A DNA stretch of 60,689 nt from Candidatus Krumholzibacteriia bacterium (GTDB lineage Bacteria > Krumholzibacteriota > Krumholzibacteriia > LZORAL124-64-63): the NCBI GenBank assembly GCA_041908585.1, contig JAYRFB010000118.1, positions 1-60,689 of the forward strand, given 5' to 3'. Position numbers and translations under genes: made by a program. The notes under the pieces were generated by a model. That model was not told the DNA's origin. It saw only the letters and a list, made by a program, of their open reading frames with translations, and did not search any database. Shown here piece by piece: positions 35,440-45,177 of the stretch; positions within the stretch are counted from its first letter, which is position 1; each line of letters starts with the position of its first letter.

Positions 35440-36014
35440 AGGAAGGTTGGACGGTGTTCGACCACCTGCGGGCCGACATTGCCAGGCTGCGCGAGTACGG
35501 CGACCACAGTCCGTTGCCGTGGCTCTACTTCCGCCACCAGGGCCTGTGGGCGTGCGCCTGCTATCGTGCGGGGCGCTGGCTGGCGGACCATAGGCCGCCA
35601 CCCGGCATCAGGCAGCTGGTGATGCTGGGCTACCACCTGTGGTGGAAGTCGGTCGAGGTGGCCACGGGCGTCTCGATCTCGCCCGACTGCCGCATCGGGC
35701 CGGGGCTCTACATCGGGCACTTCGGGGGGATCATCCTGCACACCGACGTCGTGATGGGCGCTCGCTGCAACCTCTCGCAGGGCGTCACGCTGGGCCTGGC
35801 CTGCGTGGACGGGAAGTGGGGCGTGCCCACGGTCGGCGACCGCGTCTACATCGCGCCGGGGGCGAAGGTGATCGGGCCGATCCACCTGGCCGACGGGACC
35901 GTCGTTGGCGCCAACGCGGTCGTCACGCGCGGCACGGCAGAGAACGCGACCGTCGTGGGGATCCCCGCGAAGGAGATCAACCGGAACGGGAGCGGGGAGT
36001 TCATCCGCGCATGA
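35436..36014 (+). CDS. Serine O-acetyltransferase-like hexapeptide-repeat acyltransferase
   Basis: GTG 35436 overlaps the upstream stop (GTGA); GTG 35454 is an alternative start. Left-handed beta-helix repeats: ISPDCRIGPGLYIGHFGGIILH..VVMGARCNLSQGVTLG...VGDRVYIAPGAKVIGPIHLADGTVVGANAVV. Confidence 0.8.
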   Translation: MKEGWTVFDHLRADIARLREYGDHSPLPWLYFRHQGLWACACYRAGRWLADHRPPPGIRQLVMLGYHLWWKSVEVATGVSISPDCRIGPGLYIGHFGGIILHTDVVMGARCNLSQGVTLGLACVDGKWGVPTVGDRVYIAPGAKVIGPIHLADGTVVGANAVVTRGTAENATVVGIPAKEINRNGSGEFIRA

Positions 36015-37441
36015 CACGGCTCGGGGCATCTTCGGCCGTGGCCGGCGGCGTCGGGGCGGCAGGCCTGGAGGCGGCGCGGGCGCCGCGACGCCTGCCCGGT
36101 TACGTGCAGTCGTCGCTGCCGGTCTTCCTCCTGTTCCTTGCCTTCGTCGTCGTGCGCTACGTCCAGGCCGGCGAGCGGATGGACCTGCTGCGCGCCATCC
36201 GCCTGGAGTTCCTGCTCGGCGGCGCCTCGATCGTCATCGCCTGCATCCAGATCAGCGCCCGGCGCCCGGAAATCGGGCGCGGGCGCGTGCTGCTCACTGC
36301 GATCCTGCTGCTGTTCGCCTGCATGATCGTGCAGCTGCCGATGGCGGCTGACCCGGTGCTGGCCAGGAAGATATTCAACGACCGCGCCTTCAAGTTCGCG
36401 ATGCTGGCGTTCCTGACCGTGGTGTACGTCGAGTCTCCCAAGTACATGAAGTGGTTCCTGGCGGCATTCCTGTTCTCGATCTTCTACATCACGCTCGAGT
36501 CGGTGCAGGGGTTGCTGGACGGCGGGCTGTACTGGGAGAACCAGGGAGTCATGCGGCTGCACGGGGCGGTGCCGCTTTATGCGCACCCGAACAGCCTGGG
36601 CGGGGTCGCGCTCGGGGTCCTGCCGTACGTCTACTACCTGTGGCCGCATACGCCCCGCTGGTATCTCCGGCTCTGCCTCCTGGCCCTGGCGACGACGTCC
36701 TCGATCTGTGTGATCTACTCCGGCTCGCGAACAGCTTACCTCGGCCTTGTCGGCCTGGTCGTCTGGATGTTCTACACCTCGCCGCGCAAGGGGCGGTTCC
36801 TCCTGCGGTTGGCCGTCGTCGGCGTCCTGATCGTGTCGCTCCTGCCCGACCAGTACATCGAGCGCTTCAAGAGTATCGGCGGCAAGGAGAAGGAAGGGAA
36901 CTCCAAGGGGACTCGGCTGGAGATCATCAGCGATGCCTGGACGATCTTCCTGGAAAACCCCCTCGGGATCGGGGTCGCCTCATTCCCGGCGAAGCGGATG
37001 GAGCGGTTCGGGAGGGAGCAGGATACGCACAACCTCTACCTCGAGGTGGCCACCAACCTGGGCATCCAGGGCCTGGTCGTGTTCCTGACCATGGTGGGCG
37101 CGCTGATGCTCGTGCTGCATCGCGCCGCCCGCGACTTCGAGTCGCAGCGAAGGAAGCTGGTCCTGCTCGCGCGCCACGGCGTGCCGCCGTCACTGCGCCG
37201 GCTCCTGTCGCGACAGGACCGCGACCTGCAGTTCCTGGTCGCCGTGGCCCACGCCACGGGAGCCTTCATCTTCGCGCGCCTGATCCTGGGGTTGTTCGGC
37301 ATGGACCTGTACGAGATCTACTGGTGGTTCGGCTCCGGCATCGCGCTGTGCGTGTCGGGGCTGGTCGTGACGTCCAGGCGCAGGCTGGCGGTGCTGGTCG
37401 AGGCGGCCGCCAGGTCCGGACCGGAGGCGGCACATGGTTGA
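36011..37441 (+). CDS. O-antigen ligase/polymerase family membrane protein (Wzy_C/WaaL-like)
   Basis: ATG 36011 overlaps the upstream stop (ATGA); it lies in the frame of track ORF 35639..37441. Roughly 10-12 TM segments. The periplasmic loop carries DTHNLYLEVATNLGIQGLVVFL (H-N-x-x-L-x(4)-E-x-G motif). Third-position A/T content is visibly higher than in neighbouring genes. Confidence 0.8.
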   Translation: MTRLGASSAVAGGVGAAGLEAARAPRRLPGYVQSSLPVFLLFLAFVVVRYVQAGERMDLLRAIRLEFLLGGASIVIACIQISARRPEIGRGRVLLTAILLLFACMIVQLPMAADPVLARKIFNDRAFKFAMLAFLTVVYVESPKYMKWFLAAFLFSIFYITLESVQGLLDGGLYWENQGVMRLHGAVPLYAHPNSLGGVALGVLPYVYYLWPHTPRWYLRLCLLALATTSSICVIYSGSRTAYLGLVGLVVWMFYTSPRKGRFLLRLAVVGVLIVSLLPDQYIERFKSIGGKEKEGNSKGTRLEIISDAWTIFLENPLGIGVASFPAKRMERFGREQDTHNLYLEVATNLGIQGLVVFLTMVGALMLVLHRAARDFESQRRKLVLLARHGVPPSLRRLLSRQDRDLQFLVAVAHATGAFIFARLILGLFGMDLYEIYWWFGSGIALCVSGLVVTSRRRLAVLVEAAARSGPEAAHG

Positions 37442-38390
37442 CCGGGGAACCGCCCGACTGGACCTGTCCATCGTGATCCTGACCTACAACCGGCGCGACT
37501 GCCTGCGGGAGCTGCTGGACGAGCTGGGCGCCCTCCTGCCGGTGGTGAGCGAGATCATCGTCGTGGACAACTGCACGACCGACGGGACCGAGGAGATGCT
37601 CCGCCGGGAGTACCCGGCCTTCGTGCACCTTCGGACAACCGAGAACCGGGGCGTGGCCGCGCGCAACCTCGGCATCCGCCGGGCGGCGGGATCCGTCGTC
37701 GTCACGATCGACGACGACATCATGGGCCTGGATGCCGCCGGTTGCGCCTGGGTGGCGGCGCAGTTCGCCGGGGACCCGGCGCTCGGTGCCCTCAACTTCC
37801 AGGTGCGCGACTGGTACACGCGGGGCCTGTGCAACTGGGTGCACCACCGGCCGGCCGCGGATGCGGTTGCCCGCTTTGCCACATACGAGCTGACCGAGGG
37901 GGCGGTCGCCTTCCGGCGCGAGGCCGTTGTCCGGGTGGGCGGCTACTTCGAGACCTACTTCATCAGCCACGAAGGCCCGGACCTGGCCTACCGGCTGATG
38001 AACGCGGGCTACGATGTGCTCTACGACGGGACCGTATCCGTGCTTCACAAGCACGAACAGGGGGCGCGCCAGCCCTGGCGCTTCTACTATTACGACACGC
38101 GCAACCAGCTGTGGCTGGCCGCGCGGAACCTCCCGGTCGGTCCGGCGTCCCGCTACCTGGGCCGGGGCCTTGCAGCCATGGCCGTCTATGCGTTGCGGGA
38201 CGGCTACTTCGTGTGGTGGGTCCAGGGAGTCTGGGACGGCGTGCGCCGGCTGCCGGAGATGCTGCGCTCGCGCGAGCCCTGGACAGCCCGGACCCGGGCG
38301 CTGTGCGCGGAGATCGACCGTCACCGGCCCGGCTTCGGCCAGCTCGTCAAGACCCGGTTGTTCCAGCGGGGCAACAGGTTGGACGCCTGA
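37434..38390 (+). CDS. Family 2 glycosyltransferase
   Basis: ORF 37434..38390, with an 8-nt overlap with the upstream gene. LSIVILTYNRRDCL, VVDNCTTDGT, TIDDD. Confidence 0.85.
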   Translation: MVDRGTARLDLSIVILTYNRRDCLRELLDELGALLPVVSEIIVVDNCTTDGTEEMLRREYPAFVHLRTTENRGVAARNLGIRRAAGSVVVTIDDDIMGLDAAGCAWVAAQFAGDPALGALNFQVRDWYTRGLCNWVHHRPAADAVARFATYELTEGAVAFRREAVVRVGGYFETYFISHEGPDLAYRLMNAGYDVLYDGTVSVLHKHEQGARQPWRFYYYDTRNQLWLAARNLPVGPASRYLGRGLAAMAVYALRDGYFVWWVQGVWDGVRRLPEMLRSREPWTARTRALCAEIDRHRPGFGQLVKTRLFQRGNRLDA

Positions 38391-38429
38391 GCGACGCCCG
38401 CCGAGCCCCGGCTCAAGCGAGGACTGTGT

Positions 38430-38459
38430 TTGTCGATAACGGTCGGGCACCAGTATATT
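38430..38459 (+). promoter_or_regulatory. Sigma70-like promoter candidate TTGTCG - 18 nt - TATATT upstream of the secreted lyase-like gene
   Basis: -35 at 38430-38435 and -10 at 38454-38459, inside the only sizeable gap (226 bp) of this sub-cluster. It would give a ~150-nt leader. Confidence 0.3.
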
Positions 38460-38616
38460 GCCGGTCGGCCGCGAGGGAACCGGCCGATGCCGGCCGCCCC
38501 GGCGTCACGCTGGCGCGGACCTTGATGGCGGACCGTGGCGGCAGCGCCGACGCGGGCAGGTAGCAAGATCGCGGGCCCGGAATGCCAGGCACGCGGCGAG
38601 CGGACAGGAAACGACC

Positions 38617-39708
38617 ATGGACAACGGCGTCCTGCGAGCGAACGGAAGCAATCTGGCGGCGCGCGTCGCCGTCTTGGTGGCGGCGCTGGCAATCTGCATC
38701 GCCCCGGCCACGGCGCAGACCGTCTCCGGCGTGTCCGGGACGTTGCAGCACGGGGCCTCACTGGTCATCTCCGGCAGCAACTTCGGCACCAAGCCGACGG
38801 CGGCGCCGCTGATCTACGACGACGTCGAGGGCGGGTCCTTCGACCCTCGCTGGTCGAGCACGACCCACATGAGCGCCAGCGGCGCCGAGTCGCGACACGC
38901 GAATTCGGCCGGCTGCGGGACCGTCAATTTCCGGGGCTACGAATCGGGCGGCTGGTTCACCGGCGGCAGCAACAACCCCGGGCCGTGGTTCTGCCAGTAC
39001 TGGTTCAAGCTGGACAACGACTGGACCTGGGGTAGCGGCACGTACGGGAACCTGGGTGCGAATCTGGCCAACATCAAGATCTTCCGCATGTGGGAGACCG
39101 GCCCCGCGGACGAGGACTTCGTGATTGCCACCGAAGGCTGGGGCGGCAGCTGCATCTGGACGGTCGAGAATGTCGCCGCCGGCAACGTCGGCTGGTTCGA
39201 GGGCAACTACAAGCAGAACTGGTCGAAGGACACCTGGCACCTGTTCCAGTTCGAGTACAAGGACAGCGATGTCGGGCAGAACAACGGCGTGATCCGCATG
39301 TGGCGCGACGGCCAGCTGGTCCTGGAGAAGACGAATCTCCTGACGCGCGAGAACTACAGCGCGTTCAAGCGTCCGTTCATCCTCGGCTTCTACAACAGCT
39401 GGGGCGATGCCAGCACCGACGACAACCACTTCTACATCGATGACGCCTACATCGATACTTCGTGGGCGCGCGTCGAGCTGGGCAACGCCTCGACGTACGG
39501 GGCGTGCACGCATCGCGAGGTTCAGCTGCCGACCAGCTGGTCGGCGAGCCAGGTCTCGGTGACGGTCAACCAGGGCAGCTTCACCGGTGGCCAGCAGGCG
39601 TACCTGTTCGTCGTCAATTCCAATGGGCAGGCGTCGCCGGGCTTCCCGGTGACCGTGTCCGGCACGACGGAATCGGGGCCCGGGCAGCCGGGCAAGCCGA
39701 CGTTCTGA
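38617..39708 (+). CDS. Secreted protein: IPT/TIG-like - concanavalin/jelly-roll (polysaccharide-lyase-like) - IPT/TIG-like
   Basis: Internal ATG at 38617 of track ORF 38458..39708. Signal peptide ...VAVLVAALAICIAPATAQ. VSGTLQHGASLVISGSNFG and VSVTVNQGSFTGGQQAYLFVVNSNGQASPGFPVTVSG resemble TIG domains. The core (..WFCQYWFKLD...IKIFRMW...WHLFQFEYKDS...GVIRMWRDGQLV...FYIDDAYI) resembles the Polysacc_lyase/LamG-type jelly roll; the domain call is tentative. Confidence 0.7.
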   Translation: MDNGVLRANGSNLAARVAVLVAALAICIAPATAQTVSGVSGTLQHGASLVISGSNFGTKPTAAPLIYDDVEGGSFDPRWSSTTHMSASGAESRHANSAGCGTVNFRGYESGGWFTGGSNNPGPWFCQYWFKLDNDWTWGSGTYGNLGANLANIKIFRMWETGPADEDFVIATEGWGGSCIWTVENVAAGNVGWFEGNYKQNWSKDTWHLFQFEYKDSDVGQNNGVIRMWRDGQLVLEKTNLLTRENYSAFKRPFILGFYNSWGDASTDDNHFYIDDAYIDTSWARVELGNASTYGACTHREVQLPTSWSASQVSVTVNQGSFTGGQQAYLFVVNSNGQASPGFPVTVSGTTESGPGQPGKPTF

Positions 39709-39718
39709 CGGCCGGGGC

Positions 39719-41617
39719 TCAGCCCTGGCCCGTCCGCGCGGCCAGCCACTTGCTGAACATCAGCAGCGAGAAGATGGCCTTGTCGTTGAGATTCCGGCGC
39801 GCTTGGTGGTCCGTCACCAGCGCGCCGACTTCTTCCGGCCGGAAGTAGCCCTCGCCAGCCAGGCGCGCCGGGTCCAGCAGGCGGTCCACGACCGGCCGCA
39901 GGTCGCTATGCAGCCAGGCCGACAGCGGCGCGCAGAAGCCCTGCTTGCGGTGTGAGATCACCGGTTCGGGCAGCAGGCGCCGGGCCGCGACCTTCAGCAG
40001 GTGCTTCTTGTCCGTTCCCCTGATCTTCACGTCCTGCGGCAGGCGCGCGCAGAACTCCACGACCTTGTGGTCGACGAACGGCACCCGCAGCTCCAGCGAG
40101 TGGTGCATGCCCACGCGGTCGGACAGCGCCAGGATGTCGTCCGGCAGGTACATCTTGAGGTCCTGGTACAGGGCGCCGTCGAGCCAGTCGCCACCCTCGA
40201 GACTCTCGAAATGGCGGCGACCCAGCCGCTCCACGAAATCGAAATCGATGCGATCGGCCACCTCCGGACGGTACAACCGCCGGCGCTGTTCCGGCGTCAG
40301 CGCGCGGATGTAGCTCTGGTACACCTGCGCCGGCGGCAGGTCGCCGGCGGCGACGAACCGCTTGAGGTGGTTGACGCGATTGCCGCCGCCCCGCGGCTCC
40401 CGCAGGGAACGCACGAGCGGCCCGACCAGGCCGCGGCGAAGCGCCGCGGGCAGGGCGCGGTAGCGGCGATGGAGCTGGAAGCCAAGGTACCGCTCGTAGC
40501 CGCCGAAGTCCTCGTCGCCGCCCAGTCCGGTCAGGACCACGGTTACGTGCTTCCTGGCCTCGGCGCAGATGTGGTAGGTCGGGATGAGGCCGTCATCGGC
40601 GAAGGGCTCATCGAAGGCGGCCACGGCGGCGTCCAGGGCGGTCTCGATGTGGGGAATCACCTCGAGCTCGCGGTGCGCGGTTCCGTAGCGCTCGGCGATC
40701 ATGCGGGCGAACGGGCGCTCGTCGAGGAAGTCTCCGGTCTCGCCGCCGAAGCCGATCGTGAACGTGTTCACCGGCGTCGTTGCCGCCCGGCTCATCAGCG
40801 CGACGACCACGCCCGAGTCGATCCCGCCGCTGAGGAACGAGCCGAGCGGCACCTCGCTCATCAGGCGGATGGCCGTGGCCTCACCCATCAGGTCCAGGAA
40901 CTCGCCGGCCAGCTCGGTCGCATCGCCCTTGAGCTTGTCGTCGAAGCGCACGTCCCAGTACTGCTCGTCTCGCACCTGCCCGTGCTCGCAGACCAGCCGG
41001 TGGCCCGGCTCCAGCTTGCGGATGCCCCGATGGATGGTCAGCGGTGCCGGGATGTAGTTGTAGGCGAAGAAGGCGTCAAAGGCGTTCCAGTCCATCCCGC
41101 TGTCGATCCCGGGCAGGCTCAGCAGGGCCTTCATCTCGGAGGCGAAGGCGAGCCTCTCCCGGTCCAGGGCGACGAACAGCGGCTTGACGCCCAGCCGGTC
41201 GCGGGCCAGCAGGAGGCGGCGGCGCGGGGCGTCCCAGATCGCGAAGGCGAACATGCCGCGCAGCTCGTGCACGCAATCATCGCCGAACTGCTCGTAGGCA
41301 TGGAGGATGGTCTCGGTGTCCGAGCCGGTCCGGAAGACATGGCCGGCCGCGAGCAGGCGGTCGCGCAGGCCCGAGTGGTTGAAGATCTCGCCGTTGAAAA
41401 CGATGTGGATCGAGCCGTCCTCGTTGGCGATCGGCTGCCTTCCGCTGGCGACGTCGATGATCGCCAGGCGCCGCATCCCGAGCCCGACCGGTCCGTCGGT
41501 GAAGACACCCTGGTCGTCGGGGCCGCGGTGCACGATGGTGTCGCACATCGCCCGGACCAGCCCCGCGTCGGCGGGCCGGTCAGCGCCCAGGTTGAGGTAG
41601 CCGACGATTCCACACAC
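39719..41617 (-). CDS. Asparagine synthase (glutamine-hydrolysing) family amidotransferase, second paralog
   Basis: A GTG start (cac 41615-41617) gives (M)CGIVGYLN; the track ORF extends to 41716. FNGEIFNH and PP-loop FLSGGIDSGVVV. By eye it shows only moderate similarity to the 33580 paralog, so it is not a recent duplicate. Confidence 0.9.
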   Translation of the reverse strand: MCGIVGYLNLGADRPADAGLVRAMCDTIVHRGPDDQGVFTDGPVGLGMRRLAIIDVASGRQPIANEDGSIHIVFNGEIFNHSGLRDRLLAAGHVFRTGSDTETILHAYEQFGDDCVHELRGMFAFAIWDAPRRRLLLARDRLGVKPLFVALDRERLAFASEMKALLSLPGIDSGMDWNAFDAFFAYNYIPAPLTIHRGIRKLEPGHRLVCEHGQVRDEQYWDVRFDDKLKGDATELAGEFLDLMGEATAIRLMSEVPLGSFLSGGIDSGVVVALMSRAATTPVNTFTIGFGGETGDFLDERPFARMIAERYGTAHRELEVIPHIETALDAAVAAFDEPFADDGLIPTYHICAEARKHVTVVLTGLGGDEDFGGYERYLGFQLHRRYRALPAALRRGLVGPLVRSLREPRGGGNRVNHLKRFVAAGDLPPAQVYQSYIRALTPEQRRRLYRPEVADRIDFDFVERLGRRHFESLEGGDWLDGALYQDLKMYLPDDILALSDRVGMHHSLELRVPFVDHKVVEFCARLPQDVKIRGTDKKHLLKVAARRLLPEPVISHRKQGFCAPLSAWLHSDLRPVVDRLLDPARLAGEGYFRPEEVGALVTDHQARRNLNDKAIFSLLMFSKWLAARTGQG

Positions 41618-41786
41618 GCGTTGGCGCCCTTTCGCCGATGACGGGCCCGGCCGCGGGGATCGCGCCGGCTGGCGGCGACATGATGCCTGCGCGCCCGGGA
41701 TTCGGCAAGGATGCACGTTGGCGCGGCGCCGGCTGCACTGCTATGCTGGCGCCGCGCCGGCGGGGGGCCGGCCGCAAGCCCCGGGG

Positions 41787-42920
41787 ATGCCGCTGTTGCG
41801 CACCGTCGCCTTCCTCATCGACACCATGGCCTGCGACACGCAGGGCACCCAGAAGCAACTGCTGGAGACGATTCGCCGGCTTGACCGCTCGCGCTGGGAG
41901 CCGCACCTGGTCTGCCTGTGGGAGTCGCCGTGGATGCGCACGGCAGCGCTGCCCTGTCCCGTGCACGTGCTCGGCCACGCAGGCTTCCTCAAGCCCGGAT
42001 TCCCTGCCGTCCTGGCCCGGCTGCGACGGCTGTGGCGCGAGCTGGACGCGGACCTCGTCCACGTCTTCTTCGACGAGGCCGTTTTCGTGGCCTGGCTCGC
42101 CGCCGGCCCCTTCACGCGGCGCCCGGTCCTGGTCTCGAGCCGCCGCGACATGGGCCTGGGCGCCGCCAACCAGCCCTGGTACCACCGGCTGTTCCCGCTG
42201 GTCCTGCCGCTGGCGAACCGGCGCTTCGCAGGGATCGTCGCCAATGCCGAGATGGTGCGTCGCCATGCGGCCCGCCGCGAGCGCACGCCGGAGGGAAGGT
42301 TCACGGTGCTCCGCAACGGCGTCGAGCTGCCGCCGTTGCCACCGCCGCGACCGGCGACCAGGCCCGGCGGCACGCGCGTGGCCGTCGTTGCCAGCCTCAC
42401 CCCGGTCAAGCGCCACGACCTGCTGCTCGAGGCGTGGGCGGCGCTGCCGCCGGCGCTGCGCTCGCAGGCGCGATTGCACGTGCTCGGCGACGGGCCGCTG
42501 CGCGAGCCGCTCGGCCACCGCGCGCAGGCGCTCGGCATCGCCGGCGAGGTCGTCTTCGAGGGCGCGGTGGCCGATGTCCCGGCGCGGCTGGCCGAGATGG
42601 ACCTGGCCGTGCTCTGCTCGGACCGGGAAGGCCTGTCCAACGCGGTCCTCGAGGCGATGGCTGCTGGGCTGCCGGTGGTGGCCACGGACGTGGGCGGGAA
42701 CCCGGAACTGGTCGGCGTGGACACGGGCCTGCTCGTGCCCGCGGGCGATCGGGCGGGTCTGTCGGCGGCGCTGGCGGCCCTGCTCGGCGATGCCGAAATG
42801 CGGCGCCGGCTCGGCGGGCGGGCCCGCGAGCGCGTGTCGGCCGAGTTCGCCTGGGACGGCGCGATGGCCGCCCTGACAGGCTGGTACGAAAAGCTGCTGG
42901 CCGCCGCGCCCCGTCGCTAG
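41787..42920 (+). CDS. Family 4 (GT-B) glycosyltransferase
   Basis: Internal ATG at 41787 (MPLLRTVAFLIDTMA...). E-x7-E region EGLSNAVLEAMAAGLPVVATDVGGNPELV. Confidence 0.85.
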   Translation: MPLLRTVAFLIDTMACDTQGTQKQLLETIRRLDRSRWEPHLVCLWESPWMRTAALPCPVHVLGHAGFLKPGFPAVLARLRRLWRELDADLVHVFFDEAVFVAWLAAGPFTRRPVLVSSRRDMGLGAANQPWYHRLFPLVLPLANRRFAGIVANAEMVRRHAARRERTPEGRFTVLRNGVELPPLPPPRPATRPGGTRVAVVASLTPVKRHDLLLEAWAALPPALRSQARLHVLGDGPLREPLGHRAQALGIAGEVVFEGAVADVPARLAEMDLAVLCSDREGLSNAVLEAMAAGLPVVATDVGGNPELVGVDTGLLVPAGDRAGLSAALAALLGDAEMRRRLGGRARERVSAEFAWDGAMAALTGWYEKLLAAAPRR

Positions 42921-44011
42921 AAGCGGCTCTTCAGGCGCAGGAACGGCTTCTCGACGATGAAGTATGACGCCGAGGCGAATGCGACGGTCACCGCCAGCGC
43001 GAAGGCCAGCTGGACCGCCACCGGCAGCCCCTCGGTCAGCCGCTTCGACGTGAACAGCGTAAGTTGCTGCCAGAGGTAGAGCGGGTACGAGATCCGGCCA
43101 AGGTAGCGTGTCACCGGGTGCTCGAAGATCCGCCAGCCGCCGGTGTCGGAGTACCAGACCAGCTGCAGCAGGAAGATCGCCACCAGCAGGGGTTCGATCG
43201 CGTAGCCGACCACGTAGGTGAAGGTGAACGAGGCGTGGAGCGGCTGGACGCCGAACAGGAGCGCGAGCGTGACCAGCGGGAACCAGGCGCGGAGCGTCAC
43301 GGCGCGCGCGAAGCCGTCAAGGCGGCCCTGGCGCAGGAGGACAGCGAGCAGGCAGCCGACGGCCAGGTGGTCCAGGCGGGTGTCAAAGGCCCGGTAGATG
43401 TACTCGACGCGCACGCCGTACACCAGGTGGCACAGCGAGCGGTGGATCCACACGGCGACGATGGCGGCGGCCAGCCACCAGGCCAGGCGACGCAGGTTGC
43501 CGCGGCCCCTGAGGAACAGGAACGGCCACAGCACATAGAACTGCTCCTCGATGCTCAGCGACCACGTGTGGGCGAAGACCTCCGTCCCCGTCGGGACCAG
43601 CGCCATGTAGTAGTTGCTGGTGTAGAACAGGGCGGAGATCGCCTGGCCCCAGTGGATGAAGTGGCCCCGCAGGAGGTAGATGGCCACCGCCGCGATCCAG
43701 AAGGCGTAGAAGGCGGGGAAGATCCGCAACATCCGGCGCTTGTAGAAGTTCTTCAGCGAAACGGTTCCCGTCCGATCTAGTTCCTTGAGCATCAGCCAGG
43801 TGATCAGGAAACCGCTGAGCACGAAGAAGATCAGGACGCCGAAGGCGCCGTTGACGGCCTCGATCCCGAAGTGGTTGATGATGACCAGGAGCACGGCCAG
43901 CGCGCGGATGCCGTCCAGCCCCGGGATGCTGGCACGATCCAGGCGCGCGCGGAGTTGCTGCCCCCAGGGCAGTGAAGGGTCGGCGTAGGCAGGCGACGGG
44001 GGGGGTGTCAT
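42917..44011 (-). CDS. Acyltransferase family 3 membrane protein (O-acetyltransferase, OafA/WecH-like)
   Basis: ORF 42917..44011 (364 aa). IPGLDGIRALAVLLVIINHF and ~10 TM segments. Its stop overlaps the stop of the convergent GT4 gene within CTAG (42917-42920). Confidence 0.85.
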   Translation of the reverse strand: MTPPPSPAYADPSLPWGQQLRARLDRASIPGLDGIRALAVLLVIINHFGIEAVNGAFGVLIFFVLSGFLITWLMLKELDRTGTVSLKNFYKRRMLRIFPAFYAFWIAAVAIYLLRGHFIHWGQAISALFYTSNYYMALVPTGTEVFAHTWSLSIEEQFYVLWPFLFLRGRGNLRRLAWWLAAAIVAVWIHRSLCHLVYGVRVEYIYRAFDTRLDHLAVGCLLAVLLRQGRLDGFARAVTLRAWFPLVTLALLFGVQPLHASFTFTYVVGYAIEPLLVAIFLLQLVWYSDTGGWRIFEHPVTRYLGRISYPLYLWQQLTLFTSKRLTEGLPVAVQLAFALAVTVAFASASYFIVEKPFLRLKSRF

Positions 44012-44205
44012 CGGCTGGGGCCCTTCCTCGGGTGCCGCGGGGTCCGGAGACGGCCGGCGGGCCGGTTCACCGGTTTGCCGGGCCGGCGGGTTCGGGTAAC
44101 ATGGCCCCGCCGGCTGCCCAGCCTAGCCGATGGCGGTACTGGTGTCCACCGCAGGGGGGAAGCGGCTGCAGCCCCGGGGTGGCGGCTCGCGGGCAGGGAA
44201 GGCCA

Positions 44206-45177
44206 ATGAACGCGTCGGATCAACCTCTCGTCAGCGTGGTCATGCCGTGCTACAACGCGGCCGCCTTCGTTGCGGAAACGCTGGCCGGCGTCCTCTCGCA
44301 ATCGGGTCCGGCGCTCGAGGTCGTCGTGGTCGACGACGGTTCGACCGACGACTCGGCAGCACGGATCGCCGCAGTCGGCGACCCGCGGGTGCGGTTGACC
44401 AGCACTCCGCCCAGCGGCGGCCCGTCCCGTCCTCGCAACCTCGGCCTGGCGCAGGCGCGCGGGCGCTATCTCTTCTTCTTCGATGCCGACGACATCATGT
44501 ACCCCGGCAAGGTCGCGACCCAGGTCGCGGCCATGGAGCGCGACCCGAGCCTGGCCCTGACCTTCACGAACTTCCGGGTACTGAACAGCGACGGTACAGT
44601 CGCCGACCCGGACTTCCTGGCCGGCTACGCGACCTTCGCGGCCCTGCGGCGCCTGGCTCCCGACGGCGTGCGCCTTCCGCGCGAGGCCTGCTACCTGGCC
44701 CTGCTGCGGGCCAATTTCATCGGCACTTCAGGCGTCGCCGTGCGCCGCGACGTGATCGAGCGCGTCGGCGGCTTCGACGAGTCGCTCGCCTCGGGCGAGG
44801 ACATCGACCTGTGGCTGCGCATCGCCCGCGAGCATGACTGCGGCTACGTGGATATCGCCGGGCATGGATACCGGAGGCACCCGGCCAGCGTCATGCACCA
44901 GTTCGAGGCCCGCCACCCGCTCGCGCGGATCGAGGTCGTCCGGCGGCACCTGCCCCACGTCAGCGATCCCGCCACGCTGCGCGTCATGCGGCGACGGCTG
45001 GCCGACAACCACGCCAGCCTCGGTTACATCTGGCAGAAGCGCGGTGATGCGGCGCTGGCCCGGGGCAACTATCTTGCTTCGCTTCGGCTGGCGCCGAGCG
45101 CGGGAGCGCTGGCCGGCTACCTCAAGTGCCTGCTTGGCGGGGCCCTCCTGCGGGGCAGGCAGGAACAGGACGCGTGA
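44206..45177 (+). CDS. Family 2 glycosyltransferase
   Basis: Internal ATG at 44206, preceded by GGGAAGG. VSVVMPCYNAAAFV, VVVDDGSTDDS, FFDADD. Confidence 0.85.
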   Translation: MNASDQPLVSVVMPCYNAAAFVAETLAGVLSQSGPALEVVVVDDGSTDDSAARIAAVGDPRVRLTSTPPSGGPSRPRNLGLAQARGRYLFFFDADDIMYPGKVATQVAAMERDPSLALTFTNFRVLNSDGTVADPDFLAGYATFAALRRLAPDGVRLPREACYLALLRANFIGTSGVAVRRDVIERVGGFDESLASGEDIDLWLRIAREHDCGYVDIAGHGYRRHPASVMHQFEARHPLARIEVVRRHLPHVSDPATLRVMRRRLADNHASLGYIWQKRGDAALARGNYLASLRLAPSAGALAGYLKCLLGGALLRGRQEQDA

